Shown piece by piece: positions 1 to 12,037 of a DNA stretch of 64,000 bases. The translations under genes were made by a program, and so were the position numbers. Source of the stretch: Longimicrobiales bacterium. Its GTDB lineage: Bacteria; Gemmatimonadota; Gemmatimonadetes; Longimicrobiales; Gaopeijiaceae. The notes below the pieces were generated by a model. The model had not been told where the DNA came from, searched no databases, and saw nothing but the letters and a program-made list of their open reading frames with translations. How positions within the stretch are numbered: the stretch's first letter is position 1; the number at the start of each line of letters is the position of its first letter. The stretch lies in assembly GCA_965218295.1 (NCBI GenBank), contig CBDCKN010000008.1:12330-76329 (forward strand). The letters run 5' to 3'.

Positions 1-991
<991 letters not shown>

Positions 992-995
<4 letters not shown>

Positions 996-2275
996 TCGAG
1001 CTCCTCCAGGCGTACTTCCCGTTCCTCCCCGGAGGCCATATTCCGGATCACGGCCCGGCCCCGAGCAACCTCGTCGGGACCGAGGACGATGACATCCCGA
1101 GCTCCCGCGTTCCCGGCGGCCGTGAACTGCTTTCGCACCGACTGCTCCTTCAGCCCATAAAGCACGCTCAAGCCGCGGTCGCGATTGGCGTGGGCTATGG
1201 AGAGCGCAAGCTTCCGGTGCTCTTCCCCGATGACGACGATATAGTAGTCCACCTCGGGGCGAGTCTCGGGCATGAGCCCTCGCTCGCGGATCAGGTCCCC
1301 GAGGACCACGTCTCCCATGCCGAAGCCGACGGCGGGAAGGGGTTCACCTCCAACGAGCTCCAGAAGCCTGTCATACCGTCCGCCTCCACAGATGGCCCGA
1401 AGCTCCCCCTTTCGGTCGAAGAGCTCGAAGACGATTCCGGTGTAATAAGCCAGCCCTCGGACGATCCTGAGATCGAACTGCACGTACGGACCCAGGCCCA
1501 TGGCCTCGAGCTGGCCGAAGTAGACCTCAAGACGCTCCAGCTCTGGGGCTATGCCCTCCTGATCACCCAGGCGGGACGCGACCCCCTCCAAGGTCCCCTC
1601 CTCGAACAGCTCCAGCGCCACACGCGCACTGTCCTCGTTGAGCCCCCCTTCGGTCCGGAGTCTCTCGAGGGAGCGGTCGGGACTCGCGCGCTCGAGCTTG
1701 TCGATGACGGTGAAAGCCGTGGCGAGGCGCTCCTCTTCTACTCCGAAAACCGAGAGCACCGCGGACAGCAGGCGTCGATCGGAAACCCGTGCCAGGATAT
1801 CGTCGGGGCCGAGTCCGAGCTCGCGGAGTCCGTCCAGCCCCACGGCCAGTACCTCGACATCCGCGGCGACGCCCTCCTCGCCAACAACGTCCACGTTCCA
1901 CTGGAAGTGCTCCCTCAGGCGGCCCCTCTGCTGACGCTCGTAGCGGAAAAGCTGTGGAACGGAGAACCAGCGGATGGGCTTGGCCAAGGAGCGGCTGTGC
2001 TCGGCCAGGATGCGGGCAAGGGACGGCGTCATTTCAGGACGTAGCGAGACCTCCCGCTCACCTTTGTCCTGGAAGTGGTACAGCTGGCCGACGATCTCCT
2101 CGCCACTTTTCTCCACGTAGAGTCCGAGAGGCTCCAGGGGGGGACCGTCGTATTCCAAGAAACCGTAGCGGCGGGAGACCCGGCGCCAGGCGTCCAAGAT
2201 ATGCTCACGGAAGGCGCATTCTTCCGGGATAAAGTCACGGAATCCGGGAAGGCGCGCGAAGATCGGCTTCGACAT
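992..2275 (-). CDS. hisS: Histidine--tRNA ligase
   Basis: LPGFRDF, SLRPEMTPSLAR, FRYERQQRGRLREHFQW, RGLAYYTG, GGGRYD motifs. Confidence 0.97.
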
Positions 2276-2359
2276 GCGGGCGAATCTAAACCAGACGTTC
2301 TAAATGTACAGTGGCTACGGGCTCTTCCGGTGTCTCAGGATCCCCGGCCCGGTGGTTGT

Positions 2360-2525
2360 TAGTGTTCCGTTGCCGAAGTTCGCGAGCCACCAAGAGGGTC
2401 GGGGCGCCGTGGGATCAAGGCGGGACGACGCGGCGTAGCGCAAGCTACGTTAAGGAGTCCCAACGCCGAGCCCACGGATGCACCGTGCCCTCGACTGGCC
2501 GAGACACTTTGGCAACGGGACACTA
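2360..2525 (+). mobile_element. MITE-like element, full-length copy 1 (166 bp, TA-flanked)
   Basis: Terminal inverted repeats TAGTGTTCCGTTGCCGAAGT / ACTTTGGCAACGGGACACTA; 8 differences from copy at 18876-19041; terminal CTA is the folC TAG stop. Confidence 0.9.
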
Positions 2526-3866
2526 AAACGGCGACAGATCGAGGGCTCCGAGGGCGTCACCGACGGTGTGGTGCGAGCCCGTCACAACGATGGTCCCCGA
2601 CCCGGCAAGCTCCTTGGCCCGTTCGAGGGCCTCGCCGAAGTCGGAACGGATCTCGGTCTCGGAACGGCCCACGGCCAGTGACGCGGCATAGGGATCCCAG
2701 CGCCGCTCCAGTGGGGCCGAAGGCGCCTGGGTGAAGACCGCATGGTCGGTCCTCTCGAAGAGTGGCGGCAGGATGGAGCGCCAGTCCTTGTCCCCGAGCA
2801 CGGCGGTCAGCAGGACCACCGGCCGTGGCAGCGCGAGTCGCTCCAGCACGGACGCCAGGGCGTAGGCGCCGGCCGGGTTATGAGCCACATCGAAGAGCCA
2901 TGTCTGACCGTCGAGGTGCACGACCTGAGAGCGCCCGGGCAAACAGACGCTCTCGATCCCATCCAGAACGGTCCGCGCATCGGGACGAAGCGACTCCGGC
3001 AGGTGCTCGAGGATCGCTGCGGACAGCGCACCGTTCATGGCCTGGTGCTCACCCACCAGCGGGGTGCGGACCCGGAGCGGTCCCCACACGTGGGTGGAGA
3101 CCGTAAAGGACGTGTGGTTCTCGGTGATCTCGAGATCCATCCCTTCCGGGTCGAGGTGCAGGGGCGAGAAGGGAGCCTCCATCCGGTCGCAGACGTCCTC
3201 GAAGACTGACAGTATTCGCTCATCGCTTTCACCGATGAGCAGTGGAACGCCGGCCTTGATGATACCGGCCTTCTCCCAGGCGATCTCGGACAGCGTCTCA
3301 CCCAGGTACTCCGAATGGTCCTTGGCCACATTGGTGATTGCGGTGATCAGCGGCGTGACGACGTTCGTGGCGTCCAGCCGCCCCCCCAGGCCGACCTCGA
3401 TGACGGCCACGTCCACGCTTCGACGTTGGAACAGGTGGAACGCCAAGGCCGTGACGGCCTCGAAGAAGGTCAGCTCGTGGCGGACGATGTCGTCTCTCAG
3501 GTCCCGTACGAGCTCTCGCAGCTCGCCTTCCTCCACCAGATGGCCGGCCACCTGGAACCGCTCACGGAAGGAGCACAGATGCGGAGAGGTGTAGAGTCCG
3601 GTCGTGCTCCCCCCTCGTTCGAGAGCCGCATACACAGTAGACGCCACGGACCCCTTCCCGTTCGTTCCTCCCAAATGAACGCTCGGATACGAGCGGTGGG
3701 GGTCCCCCGTGTCCTGGAGGAAAGCCTCCATCCGGGAGAGGCCCCAGTGGACGCCGTGTGTGAGCCGGGGGAGCAGCTCGTCCAAGAGGGGGTCGCCCGC
3801 CACGCAGTCGAGTCGGGCGGGAGACAGAACGGAGGAGTGACCCGGAGACAGGTCGGGTCCTTCCAT
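2523..3866 (-). CDS. folC: Dihydrofolate/folylpolyglutamate synthase
   Basis: HLGGTNGKGS, YTSPHL..FRERF, EVGLGGRLDATNV, DVAHNP. Confidence 0.96.
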   Translation of the reverse strand: MEGPDLSPGHSSVLSPARLDCVAGDPLLDELLPRLTHGVHWGLSRMEAFLQDTGDPHRSYPSVHLGGTNGKGSVASTVYAALERGGSTTGLYTSPHLCSFRERFQVAGHLVEEGELRELVRDLRDDIVRHELTFFEAVTALAFHLFQRRSVDVAVIEVGLGGRLDATNVVTPLITAITNVAKDHSEYLGETLSEIAWEKAGIIKAGVPLLIGESDERILSVFEDVCDRMEAPFSPLHLDPEGMDLEITENHTSFTVSTHVWGPLRVRTPLVGEHQAMNGALSAAILEHLPESLRPDARTVLDGIESVCLPGRSQVVHLDGQTWLFDVAHNPAGAYALASVLERLALPRPVVLLTAVLGDKDWRSILPPLFERTDHAVFTQAPSAPLERRWDPYAASLAVGRSETEIRSDFGEALERAKELAGSGTIVVTGSHHTVGDALGALDLSPF

Positions 3867-4708
3867 CAGGCGATCATGTGGCGGAGGAGGGTGGCCACCG
3901 TGGCCTTCAGCTCTCGCCGGTCCACGACCCGGTCGATCATCCCGTGCTGGAGCAAGAACTCGGAACGTTGAAATCCCTCCGGAAGCTCCTGGCGGATGGT
4001 CTCTTCGATGACCCGGGGGCCGGCGAATCCGATGAGGGCCCCGGGTTCGGCGAGATTCACGTCCCCGAGCATGGCATGGGACGCCGTGACGCCACCGGTG
4101 GTAGGATCCGTGAGCACCGCGATATAGGGGAGACCGGCTTCGTGGAGACGAGCGAGCACAGCAGACGTCTTGGCCATCTGCATGAGGGAGTAGATACCCT
4201 CCTGCATCCGGGCACCGCCTGAGGCGCTGACGACCACGAGTGGCTCCCTACGTACAAGAGCGGCCTGGCCAGCACGCGCGATCTTCTCCCCTACCACGGA
4301 CCCCATGGAGCCGCCGACAAAGCGGAAATCCATGACCGCCAGGGTCACGCCCATACCCTCGACCGTCCCGGTCCCCGACAGGACGGCCTCCTTCCTGCCG
4401 ACCTTGGACTCTGCGGCCTCCAGGCGGTCCTTGTACGGCTTGAGGTCCTGGAATCCGAGGGGATCGGCGCTGGCGAGGTCGCGGTCGATCTCCTCGAAGG
4501 ATCCCTCGTCAAGGAGGATCTCGACGTACCTCTCCGCCGTTATGCGGAAGTGGTGGCCACAGGTGGGGCACACCTGGAGGTTCTGGGCAAGCTTCTCGCC
4601 GTAGAGAATCTCCCCGCACCCCTGGCACTTGTCGAACACGTCGGATGGTACGTCGCGCCTGTCCTCCGCCTTCAGGGGCTGTTTGTCTTTACGAAACCAG
4701 GCCATCAT
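3866..4708 (-). CDS. accD: Acetyl-CoA carboxylase carboxyltransferase beta subunit
   Basis: C4 zinc finger (CQGC...CPTC), [28 protein letters not shown]. Confidence 0.97.
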   Translation of the reverse strand: MMAWFRKDKQPLKAEDRRDVPSDVFDKCQGCGEILYGEKLAQNLQVCPTCGHHFRITAERYVEILLDEGSFEEIDRDLASADPLGFQDLKPYKDRLEAAESKVGRKEAVLSGTGTVEGMGVTLAVMDFRFVGGSMGSVVGEKIARAGQAALVRREPLVVVSASGGARMQEGIYSLMQMAKTSAVLARLHEAGLPYIAVLTDPTTGGVTASHAMLGDVNLAEPGALIGFAGPRVIEETIRQELPEGFQRSEFLLQHGMIDRVVDRRELKATVATLLRHMIA

Positions 4709-5943
4709 TCCTCGTATGCGACCCTAGCGGCCATCGCGACGGCGATCCAGGACATGAGGAGAAAGGTTCCGCCGTAGCTAACGAAGGGTAGGGGTATTCC
4801 CGTGACCGGTACCATGCCGACGGTCATGCCGACATTCACGAAAATGTGGACCAGCCAGGCTCCGAAGATACCGAAGATCACCAGGCCTGCAAATGGATCT
4901 GTGGTCTCTTCGGCCATTTTCACGAGGCGGTACAGGATGAAGGCGAAGAGGGCCAGGGCCAGCCCGGTTCCGAGAAAGCCCAACTCCTCACCGACGACCG
5001 AGAAGATGAAGTCCGTGTGCTGCTCGGGGAGGAAGTCCAACCTCTTCTGGGTCCCTTCGGTGAACCCCTTTCCGCTCAGCCCGCCGCTGCCGATGGCGAC
5101 CATGGACTGGATGAGATGATACCCCGCCCCACGCGGATCGACGCTGGGGTCCAGAAAGACCAGAATGCGGTTCTGCTGGTACTCGGCCAGGGAGTTCCAG
5201 AGGGGGGTCGCGATGGTTCCCGCCGCGAGATTCGCCAGGACGATGGCCAGAGACTCCACCAGAAACAGACGGTAGCGAAAGAGGTAGAGGGAGCCCACGA
5301 CGACCACAAAGAACACGGCCCAGATCCGGTTGTCGAAGCTCAAGATCAACGCGACCCCGGGACTGGCCAGGAACGCCAGGAGGCCGATGGGGGCACCCGC
5401 CCAATAGAGAGCGGCGAAGAGGATCCCCACGAAGGCGAGAGCCGTCCCGAGATCGGGCTGGAGAATCACCAATCCCAGGGGGATGCCGACGATGGCCGAC
5501 GGAGTGACCAGGGCCCGGAGGGTCGTGGGATCTTCGGAGCGAGTCCCCAGATAGCGGGCCAGGGCGAGGATGGTCGCCAACTTGGCGAGCTCGGCCGGCT
5601 GGAACCGGATGAACCCGAGGTCCAGGAAGCTCTTCACCCCCGCAGCCGTCCCGGATCCCGTACCCACCACAAGAGTCGTCCCCAGGAGCAGGACGCTGAG
5701 GCCGTATACGGGTGGGGCGACCCACTCGAACCAGCGAGGGCGCAGCTGGCGGACCAAGGTAAATGCCACGAGGGCGAGCACGAACCAGCAGGCTTGGCGA
5801 ATCCACGCCCCCTCCGTGACGGGGCGCGGAATGTTGAGGACGCCTGCCGAATAGATCATGGCGATCCCGAACGCCGTCATGACCATGACGGCCAGGACCA
5901 GCGCGGGGTCTCCGGCCCAACGGGCGAAGGCTCTACGGAACAC
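4705..5943 (-). CDS. rodA: Rod shape-determining protein RodA (SEDS family)
   Basis: [36 protein letters not shown]; downstream of mrdA. Confidence 0.95.
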   Translation of the reverse strand: MFRRAFARWAGDPALVLAVMVMTAFGIAMIYSAGVLNIPRPVTEGAWIRQACWFVLALVAFTLVRQLRPRWFEWVAPPVYGLSVLLLGTTLVVGTGSGTAAGVKSFLDLGFIRFQPAELAKLATILALARYLGTRSEDPTTLRALVTPSAIVGIPLGLVILQPDLGTALAFVGILFAALYWAGAPIGLLAFLASPGVALILSFDNRIWAVFFVVVVGSLYLFRYRLFLVESLAIVLANLAAGTIATPLWNSLAEYQQNRILVFLDPSVDPRGAGYHLIQSMVAIGSGGLSGKGFTEGTQKRLDFLPEQHTDFIFSVVGEELGFLGTGLALALFAFILYRLVKMAEETTDPFAGLVIFGIFGAWLVHIFVNVGMTVGMVPVTGIPLPFVSYGGTFLLMSWIAVAMAARVAYEE

Positions 5944-5979
5944 CGAGGAGCCCAGCCGCCCCTTTCGTGCCCTTCGCGC

Positions 5980-7812
5980 TCACCAACGAGCCCACGGTGC
6001 CGGTCTGCCCGCCTCCACGTGCTCGGCGAGGGTCTGGATGCTGTCCACCGGAATACCGTGCTTCCGTCGGAGGTAGAAGTCGGCGGTCTTGGCGGCGATG
6101 GGCGCCGCCATCGCGGAGCCGCTCCCGCCGAACTCGACCAGAGCCACGACCACGATCTCCGGCTCTCCGCCCCAAGGGCCCGCCATGCCCGCGAACCACG
6201 CGTGGGCACGGTCGGGGTCCTGCGCGTTCTGTCCGCTTCCCGTCTTGCCGATGATCTCCCAATGCTCGAGCGAGGCCTGGTAGTGCGCCGTGCCACCAGG
6301 GGCAGTGACCTGCCGAATCCCCTCCCGGAGCTGCTCGATGCTCTGGCGAGAGAGGTTCAGCCGCCAGCCCTCCCGCAGATCCGGGCTCTTCAGCAGGTGT
6401 GGGGCCGGAGCCGATCCGTCGCGGGCGAGCGCTAGGTAGAACTGGGCCATCTTGAGAGGCGTTTGGGAGTTCGGTCCCTGGCCGATGGCCAAACTCAGGA
6501 CCTCACCCTCGAGCGGACGATAGCCGAAACGGCGCTCCCAAAAAGCCCGATCGCCGGGAAAGATGCCCCGGCTCTCCTGTGGAAGGTCGATGCCGCACTG
6601 TTCTGCGAACCCGATCCGGGTACCCGCCTCCAGCATGCGATCCAGCCCGATCTTCATGCCGAGCTGATAGAAGTACACGTTGCATGACTGGGCAATGGCC
6701 CCGGCGAGGTCGAGAAAGCCGTGGCCCGAGGGAAGCCAGCACGAGCGATACTCGCCGCCGTACACCAATCCGCCGGTGCACGGAATCGGCATCTCCTCAT
6801 GTGGGCCCACGACTCCGAGGTCGAGGGCAATGCCGGCCGCGGCCAGCTTCCAGGTCGACGCCGGGGGATAGAGACCCATCACGGTCCGATTGAGCAGCGG
6901 CTTTTGTGGATCGGTGTCGAGGGCTTCCCAGTCCTCGGTGCTGATGCCTCCCACGAAGGCGTTGGGGTCGAACGTCGGAGCCGAGTACAGGGCCAGCACG
7001 CCGCCGTCCGCCGGGTCCAACGCGACCACGGTGCCAGGCAGGGAATCCGGGAACACCCGGTGGATCCACTCCATCAGCTCCAGATCGAGCGTGAGCTGAA
7101 GGTCTTCGCCGGGCCGTCCCGGGTCCTCCTCGATCCCGGCCAATGGGCCCACGATGCGCCCCATGGCGTCGACTTCCAGGTAACGCATCCCCTGCCGACC
7201 CTGGAGCCTATCCTCGTACTGGCGCTCGATTCCGACCTTCCCGACGAGCATCCCCTGCTCGTATTCGGCGAAGCGGGCGGTCTCGAGCTCTTTGGCCGTG
7301 ACCTCGCTGACGTACCCGAGGGCATGCCCCACCGCCGCCCCACCGGCATAGCGGCGCTTGGGCCGCATCTCAATGTAGATCCCAGGGAAGTCTTCCCGGC
7401 GCTCCTCCAGAATGGCGATGGCTGCGAAGTCGGCGTCGATGTCCACGAGGAGGGGCTCATGGCGACGCACCCGCTCCATGAGGCTCTCGATCCTCTCGTC
7501 CGAGAGTCCAAGATGGGGTCGCAGTCGCTCCAGGGCTTCTCGGGTGGACTCCCGCGAGTCCTCGAGAACGTAGACCGCGTACCCCGGAACGTTGTCGGCG
7601 ATGACACGCCCGTATCGGTCGAAGACCGTCCCCCGGGGGGCAGGGATCGCCGAAGGACGCAAGCGGTTGGACTCCGAGCGGAGCTTGTAGTCGCTGGAGC
7701 GGAGTACCTGGACTCGAAAGAACTGCAGGACCAGAGCTCCGATGACGATGGCAGCGATTCCCAGCGCCCCGTGGGCCCGTCGTCTCCTGCGGTGTGGGTG
7801 CTGGGCTCTCAC
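5980..7812 (-). CDS. mrdA: Penicillin-binding protein 2
   Basis: APRGTVFDR, SxxK motif (STWK), SCN, KTG; GTG start overlapping the mreD stop chosen over the longer ORF-track start. Confidence 0.93.
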   Translation of the reverse strand: MRAQHPHRRRRRAHGALGIAAIVIGALVLQFFRVQVLRSSDYKLRSESNRLRPSAIPAPRGTVFDRYGRVIADNVPGYAVYVLEDSRESTREALERLRPHLGLSDERIESLMERVRRHEPLLVDIDADFAAIAILEERREDFPGIYIEMRPKRRYAGGAAVGHALGYVSEVTAKELETARFAEYEQGMLVGKVGIERQYEDRLQGRQGMRYLEVDAMGRIVGPLAGIEEDPGRPGEDLQLTLDLELMEWIHRVFPDSLPGTVVALDPADGGVLALYSAPTFDPNAFVGGISTEDWEALDTDPQKPLLNRTVMGLYPPASTWKLAAAGIALDLGVVGPHEEMPIPCTGGLVYGGEYRSCWLPSGHGFLDLAGAIAQSCNVYFYQLGMKIGLDRMLEAGTRIGFAEQCGIDLPQESRGIFPGDRAFWERRFGYRPLEGEVLSLAIGQGPNSQTPLKMAQFYLALARDGSAPAPHLLKSPDLREGWRLNLSRQSIEQLREGIRQVTAPGGTAHYQASLEHWEIIGKTGSGQNAQDPDRAHAWFAGMAGPWGGEPEIVVVALVEFGGSGSAMAAPIAAKTADFYLRRKHGIPVDSIQTLAEHVEAGRPAPWARW

Positions 7813-8291
7813 CGTACCGTCTCCCACCCGATGCCACTGATCGCTATCGCACCCAGTCCGATCAAAGCGGCATATGCCGCGGCCAGCGGCGAGTTGATCA
7901 ACATCGTATCGATGAAAGGTTCTCTCACCGCCTCGCCTACCGCAACCCAATGAAGGAGATCCCTGCACCACTTTCCGAAGACGAGATACGACACCATGAA
8001 GCTGAGGGAGTCACCCACGAAGAGATCCCTCGTCTTGGCTCCCGCCACTCCGACGAGAGTCAGGGCGAAGGTGTTGGCTCCGAAGGCCAGAACCGAGAAG
8101 GCGTCGTCCAGGAGCCCGAACAGAAACCCCAGGCCAGCTCCGGCCCCCACCCTCACTTCGCGGGCGGCGATCAGGAGAGCGACGATGAGCAGGTCGGGAG
8201 CGCTCCTGCCCAGGCCGAGACTCAGATGAAGGCCGAAGTGCAGGAGAACGAGGAGCCCGACGACACCCCACACCCGGAGAGGACCCTTCAC
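7809..8291 (-). CDS. mreD: Rod shape-determining protein MreD
   Basis: Hydrophobic ~160 aa with PDLL and GFLFGLLDD; between mreC and mrdA; GTGA overlap. Confidence 0.88.
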   Translation of the reverse strand: MKGPLRVWGVVGLLVLLHFGLHLSLGLGRSAPDLLIVALLIAAREVRVGAGAGLGFLFGLLDDAFSVLAFGANTFALTLVGVAGAKTRDLFVGDSLSFMVSYLVFGKWCRDLLHWVAVGEAVREPFIDTMLINSPLAAAYAALIGLGAIAISGIGWETVR

Positions 8292-9148
8292 GAACCCGGC
8301 TCTTCCCGCGACCAGACGTCGGTCAGGTCTTTGGACGCTCCGTCGGGCACCAGAACGAGCACGTGCGTAGCCTCGCCGGGGGACACGAACGGGTGCAGCC
8401 AATAGGAACGCCGCCAGCCGGCCCGCGACTCGGCCTCTTCGATGACCGTGCCGATGGGGATGCCCCGGGGGTAGACCCCACCGAGGGTGCTCGTAACCAG
8501 AACAGCCCCGGGCGCCAGCTCCTGATGGAACGGAATCCCGTCCAGCAGCAGCCGATCGGCCTCCCGGAACAACCCCCGGGTAGCCTGCACCAGACCATAC
8601 ACGGCGCCATCCAGCGTCATGGCGCTGGCGCGGAACTCCGGATGGGTCCAATCCATCCCGACCGCGTTGTTCTCGCGGGACTCCCGCACCACGCCGAGGA
8701 GCCCTCGCCCCATGATCACGGGGGTGTTGGCCACCACACCGCGACGGCCTCCGGCGTCCAGGAGGAACATGCTCTCGGAGCCCGGCGTCCCCGGCCGGAT
8801 TACGCTGGCCGCCACATACACCGACGAGAGCCGTCGGGACAGATCGAGAAGGCGCCGGAGACGATCGTTCTCTTCCGCCAACGTGGTTTGATCTGAGAGG
8901 ACCGACGCCAGCGAGTCCAACTGCAGCTGCAGGGCTTCGGTCTCCGCGGCGTGCACACGCCTGCGGGCGAGGCCCTCCTGGGTCATCACGAAGGGTCGGA
9001 GGATGCTACCCCGAATGAGCGAAGCCAACTGCTGTTGCGCTCCGTCCGGGAAGTACAGCACGAGGAGGGATACGACGAAGAACCCGAGGGCGATCAGCCC
9101 GCTTCGGCTCGGTTCCGCCCCGCTGGTCTCGTTGGTGTACGTTGGCAT
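8288..9148 (-). CDS. mreC: Rod shape-determining protein MreC
   Basis: N-terminal TM, coiled coil EENDRLRRLL, LVTSTLGGVYPRGIPIG. Confidence 0.93.
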   Translation of the reverse strand: MPTYTNETSGAEPSRSGLIALGFFVVSLLVLYFPDGAQQQLASLIRGSILRPFVMTQEGLARRRVHAAETEALQLQLDSLASVLSDQTTLAEENDRLRRLLDLSRRLSSVYVAASVIRPGTPGSESMFLLDAGGRRGVVANTPVIMGRGLLGVVRESRENNAVGMDWTHPEFRASAMTLDGAVYGLVQATRGLFREADRLLLDGIPFHQELAPGAVLVTSTLGGVYPRGIPIGTVIEEAESRAGWRRSYWLHPFVSPGEATHVLVLVPDGASKDLTDVWSREEPGS

Positions 9149-9209
9149 AGCGCTGCCGAGCCCCTGAAGAGGGTGGGGTGGTCAGTGTAGGCTCTCGAAG
9201 ACTCCTACA

Positions 9210-10256
9210 CTATGTCGCCAACACCGTGCGGTATTTCCGTAGGTCGTCTAGGATCCGGCCAGCTCCCCGCACCACGCACGTGAGAGGCTCCTCGTCCACG
9301 TGGATGGGCAGGTTCGTCTCATGCTGCAGAAGCCGGTCCAAGCCCCGGATTAGGGCGCCGCCCCCCGTCATCACGATTCCACGGTCCACGATGTCGCTGG
9401 CGAGCTCGGGGGGCGTGATCTCCAGAGCACGCCGAACGGCCTCCACCACCGCCTGGATAGGCTCCTGGATGCACTCACGGATCTCCTGCGAGTGCACGTG
9501 GACGGTCTTAGGGATGCCACTCACGAGGTCCCTCCCCTTCACGTCCATCTCCCGCTCCTCTCCGGATTCGAAGGCCGATCCGATCTGGATCTTGATGGCT
9601 TCCGCCGTCGGCTCTCCGATCAGGAGGTTGTAGTTCTTGCGGAGGAACGTCACGATGGCCGCGTCGAGCTCGTCGCCGCCGACCCGGATCGACGTGTTCG
9701 AAACGATGCCCGCCAGCGCGATGATCGCGATCTCGGTGGTTCCACCCCCAATGTCGATGACCATGTTGCCCGTGGGAGTCTCCACCGGCAGGCCCACGCC
9801 GATAGCCGCAGCCATGGGCTCGGCGACCATGTAGACGGCCTTCGCACCCGCAGAGATCGCGCTGGAGCGCACTGCCCGCCGCTCCAGCTCCGTGATTCCC
9901 GACGGTACACCCACGACGACCCTGGGCTTGATCCGGAAGACCCGCTTGGCGGTCACCTGCTTCAGGAAGTGACGGAGCATCAACTCCGTCACGTCGACGT
10001 CGGCGATGACTCCGTCCTTGAGGGGCCGAACGGCTTCGATCCCTTCGGGCGTACGGCCCAGCATGCGTTTGGCCTCGAGCCCGACGCCCATGATCCGGCC
10101 GGACGTCTTGTCCACCGCCACAACCGAGGGCTCGTTGAGGACGATTCCCTCGCCCTTCACGTATACGAGGGTATTCGCCGTCCCGAGATCCACCGCGATG
10201 TCGTTCACGGGGATCAACCGGTAGGTTTCAAGCCATTTGGTGAAGGTCTGGGTTAT
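9210..10256 (-). CDS. mreB: Actin-like MreB (start either TTG at 10217 or ATA at 10256)
   Basis: VDLGTANT, NEPSVVA, EPMAAAIG, DIGGGTTE, TGGGAL. Confidence 0.96.
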   Translation of the reverse strand: MTQTFTKWLETYRLIPVNDIAVDLGTANTLVYVKGEGIVLNEPSVVAVDKTSGRIMGVGLEAKRMLGRTPEGIEAVRPLKDGVIADVDVTELMLRHFLKQVTAKRVFRIKPRVVVGVPSGITELERRAVRSSAISAGAKAVYMVAEPMAAAIGVGLPVETPTGNMVIDIGGGTTEIAIIALAGIVSNTSIRVGGDELDAAIVTFLRKNYNLLIGEPTAEAIKIQIGSAFESGEEREMDVKGRDLVSGIPKTVHVHSQEIRECIQEPIQAVVEAVRRALEITPPELASDIVDRGIVMTGGGALIRGLDRLLQHETNLPIHVDEEPLTCVVRGAGRILDDLRKYRTVLAT

Positions 10257-10380
10257 CGGAGATTCTCTCTGGTCTCAGAATCTTGAAGACACCACACTAT
10301 CATCACCTCAAGATGCCTGCAAGAAATGTGGCGTCAAGTCATTGTCAAACTGTGAGTTGCAGCGTCCGAGCCGTCGGCTG

Positions 10381-10824
10381 TCATCGTCCCGTGCTTCCGA
10401 AGCCGTCCGAACCCCTTCCGGTGGCGCCGAGTTCTTCACACTCCACGACCTCGGGCGTAGCGAAGCGCTGGAAGACGAACTGGGCGATGCGCTCCCCGCG
10501 CTCGATACGGACGGACTCGCTTCCGTTGTTCTGCATGATGATGCGCAGCTCGCCCCTGTAGTCCGGGTCGATGGTCCCCGGGCTGTTGGGGAGGGTGATC
10601 CCGTGCCGGAGCGCCAGGCCCGACCGCGGCCGGACCTGACACTCCAATCCCTCGGGCAGTTCCATGGTGAGGCCCGTGGCGACCAGCCGGATCTCCCGCG
10701 GCTCGAGCACGAAATCTTCTTCGGCGGAGCGGACATCGTACCCGGCGGCCAGCTCCGTTGCGCGGGCCGGCAACGGAAGATCCGGATTGCTCGGGAGGCG
10801 CGCGAAGCGTACGAGCTCGCTCAA
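10381..10824 (-). CDS. dut: dUTP diphosphatase
   Basis: [42 protein letters not shown] start just after the ald stop (start inferred). Confidence 0.95.
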   Translation of the reverse strand: MSELVRFARLPSNPDLPLPARATELAAGYDVRSAEEDFVLEPREIRLVATGLTMELPEGLECQVRPRSGLALRHGITLPNSPGTIDPDYRGELRIIMQNNGSESVRIERGERIAQFVFQRFATPEVVECEELGATGRGSDGFGSTGR

Positions 10825-10829
10825 CGGCG

Positions 10830-11960
10830 TCAGACCTGTGGGGCCGGGTGGAGGAGGTGCTCCACATTCACACACTCCAGCCCGAAGGCCTCGGCGACCC
10901 CGGCGTAGGTGACGTTCCCGTCCACGATGTTCACGCCCAACGCAAGCGCTGGGTCGTCCAGGCAGGCCACCTGCCAGCCCTGGGTCGCGAGCGTGATAGC
11001 ATAGGGCAGCGTGGCGTTGGTCAGGGCGAGCGTGCTCGTTCTCGGCACGCTGCCCGGCATGTTGGTGACACCGTAGTGGACGACGTCGTGGACCGTGTAG
11101 ATCGGGTCGTCGTGTGTGGTGGGACGAATCGTCTCCACGCAGCCGCCCTGGTCCACGGCCACGTCAACGATCACCGATCCCGGCTTCATGGCCTTCAGAT
11201 CGTCCTCGAGAATAAGGCTGGGCGCCTTGGCCCCGTGGAGTAGTACCGCACCCACCACCAGGTCGGCGTCCTTGATCTGCTTCCGGATGGCATAGCGGGT
11301 GGAGTAGAGTAGATTGACGTTGGCCGGCATGATGCCTTCGAGGTGACGGAGGCGAGCGAGGGATACGTCCAAGATCGCCACCCGGGCACCCAGGCCCGCA
11401 GCCATCAGCGCGGCGTGGGTTCCGACGATGCCGCCCCCGAGGATGACGACCTTGCCGGGCAGCACTCCGGGCACTCCACCCAGGAGGACGCCCGCGCCAC
11501 CCGAGTGGCGCTCGAGGTACTTGGCGCCTTCCTGTACGGCCATGCGACCTGCAACCTCGCTCATGGGGGTCAGAAGGGGCAGTTCACCGCTCGGCAGCTC
11601 CACCGTCTCGTAGGCGATCGCGACGGCCTTGGAGGCGATGAGCGCCCGCGTCAGCTCCTCGGAAGACGCAAAATGGAAGTAGGTGAAGAGAACCTGATCA
11701 GGCCGGATGTTCCCCCACTCCGTCTCGATGGGCTCCTTGACCTTCATGATCATCTCGGCCCTGGCCCATACCTCGTCCGAGGTGGGCACCAGCTCGGCCC
11801 CGGCAGCCGCATAGAAGTCGTCGGTGAAGCCGCTTCCCTGGCCTGCGCCGGCCTCCAGCAAGACCCGGTGGCCCGCGTGCGTCAACGCTTCGGCACCTGC
11901 CGGCGTCAGGGCCACACGGTACTCCTCGCGCATTATTTCCTTCGGTACTCCGATCAGCAT
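10830..11960 (-). CDS. ald: Alanine dehydrogenase
   Basis: [41 protein letters not shown]. Confidence 0.96.
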   Translation of the reverse strand: MLIGVPKEIMREEYRVALTPAGAEALTHAGHRVLLEAGAGQGSGFTDDFYAAAGAELVPTSDEVWARAEMIMKVKEPIETEWGNIRPDQVLFTYFHFASSEELTRALIASKAVAIAYETVELPSGELPLLTPMSEVAGRMAVQEGAKYLERHSGGAGVLLGGVPGVLPGKVVILGGGIVGTHAALMAAGLGARVAILDVSLARLRHLEGIMPANVNLLYSTRYAIRKQIKDADLVVGAVLLHGAKAPSLILEDDLKAMKPGSVIVDVAVDQGGCVETIRPTTHDDPIYTVHDVVHYGVTNMPGSVPRTSTLALTNATLPYAITLATQGWQVACLDDPALALGVNIVDGNVTYAGVAEAFGLECVNVEHLLHPAPQV

Positions 11961-12037
11961 GACATATGGGGTTGGTGTGGATGTTTTCGGGTTTTGTCGG
12001 CCACAAAAGCTACTGAATCAGCCCAGCGGAGGCGACC

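Noticed and set aside
2311..2526. Small ORFs overlapping the MITE copies (2311-2526, 18875-19144, 18966-19277)
   Set aside because: Their shared peptides arise simply from the repeated DNA; no consistent start or SD
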